Source of the DNA: the human T2T-CHM13v2.0 reference genome, Homo sapiens
DNA: 64,000 bases
Assembly: GCF_009914755.1 (NCBI RefSeq)
Contig: NC_060936.1
Direction: 5' to 3' (one strand)
Shown here: in pieces, positions 59,215 to 64,000 of the stretch
Position numbering within the stretch: the stretch's first letter is position 1
Layout: each line of letters begins with the position of its first letter
Program-made: the position numbers and the translations under genes
Notes under the pieces: generated by a model
Told to the model about the DNA's origin: nothing
The model's input: only the letters and a program-made list of their open reading frames with translations
Databases searched by the model: none

Positions 59215-59420
59215 TGCTTTATATATAGTAATTCACTTAATCTTCACACAACCCTATGGGGTAGATGCTATTATTAGCCCTATTAGCCCCATTTAACAGA
59301 CGAATAAACTGAAGTACAGAAAATTCAAGTAACTAACCCAAGGTTACATGGCTACTAAATGGAGGAGCTAGGATACAAACCGAGGCAGTTATCTCTAATG
59401 CGCATGCTCTTAATCACTAC
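59215..59420 (-). mobile_element. MIR
   Basis: attcacttaatcttcacacaaccctatggggtagatgctattatt...cccaaggttacatggcta. Confidence 0.85.
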
Positions 59421-60485
59421 CCTATATATCCTCTCAGATGTTAACATAGGAAAACAAATTAGATTTCAAGCCAAAAATTATTACAAAAATAAGCTGCAAT
59501 GCTTTGGAGAAACCGTTCAATGATACAGGAGAAACAAAGACACAAATTTTTTTAAAAAGCACAGATGTGAATAAGGGGCTTCTTAAAACTTTTTAATAAT
59601 TTGTAGTATTTATACAGGCAAGTACAATCATATAAATACATACATTATAAATGTACATGCAGCTCAGTGAATTTCTATTTTAAAACCCACCATTCATATT
59701 TTTCAATACTTTTGTAATTAGGAAGTGTAGTAAAATCTTCACAGGAAAAAAAAGTTTTCTCTATCCTCAAAACTGAAAAAAACCCAAAAGACTAATACGT
59801 AGGCATGGGATTACAAGGCACAGAATTCAACAGAACTCATACAAAAGGATCGGCAAAAGATAGCATGAATGGAAGTAGAAAAATAAATAAATAAAAAGAA
59901 ATCTAAACTTCTAACAGAATGAATCAATTCTTAGTCAAAGTGACCTGCTTTTAGAATGCTTTGGGGATTTATTTCAGTCTTACTTATACTTACCCACTCA
60001 TCTAGGACAAGTAATAATTATGGAAAGTGAGTAATGAAGACTGGTGGTTTGTGGATCTCATGTATTTTATTTCTTTGGAGCAATCTCGAAAAGAAGAGAG
60101 GGACAACTGATGCCTCCATGGGTGAGTAGCTCTTAGGCATTTACTTCTGAAGCTTGCTTTGCAGCCAGGTATTACATTTACATAGTGCTTGCCCTCTAAA
60201 ATGGGAAGAAAACTGTGTCATGTCCTCAAATATATGGTGACAATGGCTCTATCTTAGTGGCTGTGGACTTAGCCCCAGGACTGACGCAGTGCACAGTCCA
60301 CCTTCAGCCACTTCTACAAGCCTGTTGGCTCCTCTGTCCTAATTCCAAGTCAGTTGAGCAAACAATAAAACAGCTGAATTGGTATCAGAAAGAGAAGGCA
60401 GAGAAATGAGAAAGGGAAAGAGAATGAGTGGAATGGACAGAATGTAAAAAGAAACAATTTTGTTTAACCCAAAAAAATCAATATA

Positions 60486-61656
<1,171 letters not shown>

Positions 61657-63525
61657 TACATTACATATCTAGGCACATAAAACAATTTTGCCATCTACTG
61701 ATTAAGCTTGAGATAGGACATATAAAATGCTTTTATATCTGAGTCTACTGAAGAAATTTTAAGTAAGCACAATATAATTACCCAGCTTAATAACAGTTAG
61801 TGCTTCATCTGCCAACTATTTTATAACCTTTACCTAATTAATTTTCACAAAACCTCTGCAAGGTATGCATGTATTAAATACCCATTTTGTAAATGGACAA
61901 ATCACGAGCAAGAGGTTAAGTGACTACCTTAAAATGAATAAAAAGGCTAGCATGTGGAATCAGAACGTGAACTGTAGTAAAATATTTCTGTTCCCCAAGA
62001 CCATGCCAAACTCATTTTCCCCCGAAACTATCATGCTGTCAACCTCCTGGCATTATGGAATGGCAGCAAGGATGGATTTTCGCACTGGCAAAATTGGCAT
62101 ACACCTGTCTTTCATTCAAATGACAAAAAGCAGTACAATTTTCACAAGTAGATCTGAGCCCAGGAAGCTAACACGCTCAATGGTAACAGATACAGAGATG
62201 TACAATCAGGGAAACAATCCTCCCCTTCAGTGACCGTCATTCTCCAGCCTTGCTGCTCAGAGGATTTCATCTTGCCTAGACTTCTAAGAAAAGCCTGATC
62301 AAAACAATAGGCTGGCACCCTCCAGTTAGTGAGGATCGAAACTGTCTTCCTGCTCTAATTTTGTCCTCCCTGTACTGAGAGGATGTGAGTCCCTGCTGTC
62401 CACAAGACGTCAGCCTTCCTTTCAGCCCCTGCTGGGCTGACCCTGACTATATGGCTGGCCTATCTCGTTTCATGGACAATAAACATTCAGGACGTTGTTT
62501 CAACACAGATGAAGAATGGGTGTCCTTTCCTGGATGTTTTGCCACTCCTTACAAAATCACTGCCCCCTCCAGTAATTTTCTCTTGCCCTATCTCTCTGTT
62601 CTTTTTGGTTTTAACATCCTGTGAAGTCTGCCCACCTATCTACCGCCTCTAGTAAGCAAACTACATCAGGGATTCCTCAAATCTAAATCTCTTACTGATT
62701 GCTCTATAGGTTCTGAAAGCCATATTGGGGATCTGTAAGCTGCAGAGCCTAAACAGCATCTCAAAATCTGATCGTTTGCGGAGGACTGGAGGACAGGTAC
62801 CACCACTACCCCATGCGCCCAGTGGCAGCACTAGAATTTCTATTCAGGAGAGGTTCAGTGGCAGCAATCTGGTTGGAGAAGAAAACCAGGGGACTTGGTA
62901 TAGAGTAGCATTTCCATAGCTCACACTATTTTTACTTAGTGTATATATTTCTTGAGAAGAAGGGGTGCTTCACGAAGGCTTGTTGACAGTATGGGATTAT
63001 ATGTTTCTCCCACGACACCCCTTGTCTTATTGCTGTCCCTTGAACCAGCTTAGGCACTTAGATCTCTAGGATTGAACATGGAAGGGCCCATGAAATTAAA
63101 TTCCTGGTCTGCAGTCTGGAAACAGTGTGATTCCTGCTCAGCTTCAGAGAAGGCAGAGTCCTTTGAGCACCATGCAGACTTTCCACCCTGGGAGACAGGT
63201 AGTGCCCTGGGTATCACAACTTTGAGGCTGCAAAGTCCAGTGGGCCCGGAACCCATCTGAGCAGGTTTCCTCTGCAGATGAGGCCTCTTAAGGCAATGGC
63301 TTTTCCAATCTTACACATTAGCCAAGCCAGCCAATCTCCGCTCCCTATCAGTATTAGTGATGCAGAGCCACCTTCAGCTGATTGCCATCTTTCATCTTCT
63401 GAAATGTGATTTTTAAATATGTTACATATTTCATTTGTGCAATGCCCTGGATACTGGATTGGAACACAATTGCAGCAGATTACACTATTTATTTTACATA
63501 CTTGAAGACAGAGCCTCTTGAACTC

Positions 63526-63557
63526 AATATGCAAATGCATGTGAATAATATGCAAAT
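63526..63557 (+). promoter_or_regulatory. Tandem octamer (POU) motifs
   Basis: ATGCAAAT at 63529-63536 and 63550-63557. Confidence 0.5.
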
Positions 63558-64000
63558 CTGTGTTTTCTGCCAAGACTCTGGCATTTTTCTTTTAATGGGA
63601 CTGTGATTCCTATTCAAGAAGGAAGAACATCTTCCTTGCATCCCCCTGCACCAATGTTCTCCCCCTCCTCCCTTCAAGGTCCTGACCAGCTTGTAACTTC
63701 ACTAAGTTTCAAAGCCCTGAAAAAATTACAGGCTCCACTGAATTCCATTTAAACCTATAATGGTCATTGTAAGGCATTGTTTAGTGCATATCTATAGATG
63801 TGCCACCAATGCAATGAGGTTCACACCATCTAACTGCCAATTTGGAATTTTATTCTTAACCTCATGGTTAAGACTGTCAGCAGTCTGCTTAATAAGTCTA
63901 AATTTAAATGTTCTCACCTACTGTACAAATGTGGCCACACAACCTTTCTAATGAAAAAAAAATGCAGTTTACAAAGCTTTTTAAAGTGAAATTTACCATG

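Overview
Human (or closely related hominoid) genomic DNA, AT-rich and CpG-depleted, lying inside the NMDA-receptor subunit gene GRIN2B on the minus strand. The only coding sequence is the first coding exon: exon 38131-38559, ATG at 38541, codons 1-137 (signal peptide and start of the amino-terminal domain). About 25 kb of the upstream intron lies at higher coordinates and about 38 kb of the downstream intron at lower coordinates. Much of the rest is mammalian and primate repeats: 10 Alus, L1/L2/MIR fragments, MaLR/ERVL solo LTRs, Tigger3, MER5, MADE2 and microsatellites. All other listed ORFs look spurious. I found no CRISPR array, RNA gene or new protein-coding system, and I cannot support a claim of a wholly new biological system. 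The best leads are cis-regulatory: (i) several near-perfect RFX X-boxes in the downstream intron, two of them 65 bp apart; (ii) a four-tract G-run/G-quadruplex directly after the non-consensus 5' splice site; (iii) compact CTCF, tandem octamer, double AP-1, MEF2/NEUROD and homeodomain-palindrome modules; (iv) candidate micro-exon and recursive-splice signals; (v) structural oddities in repeats. Repeat subfamilies and most repeat boundaries were called by eye and are approximate.
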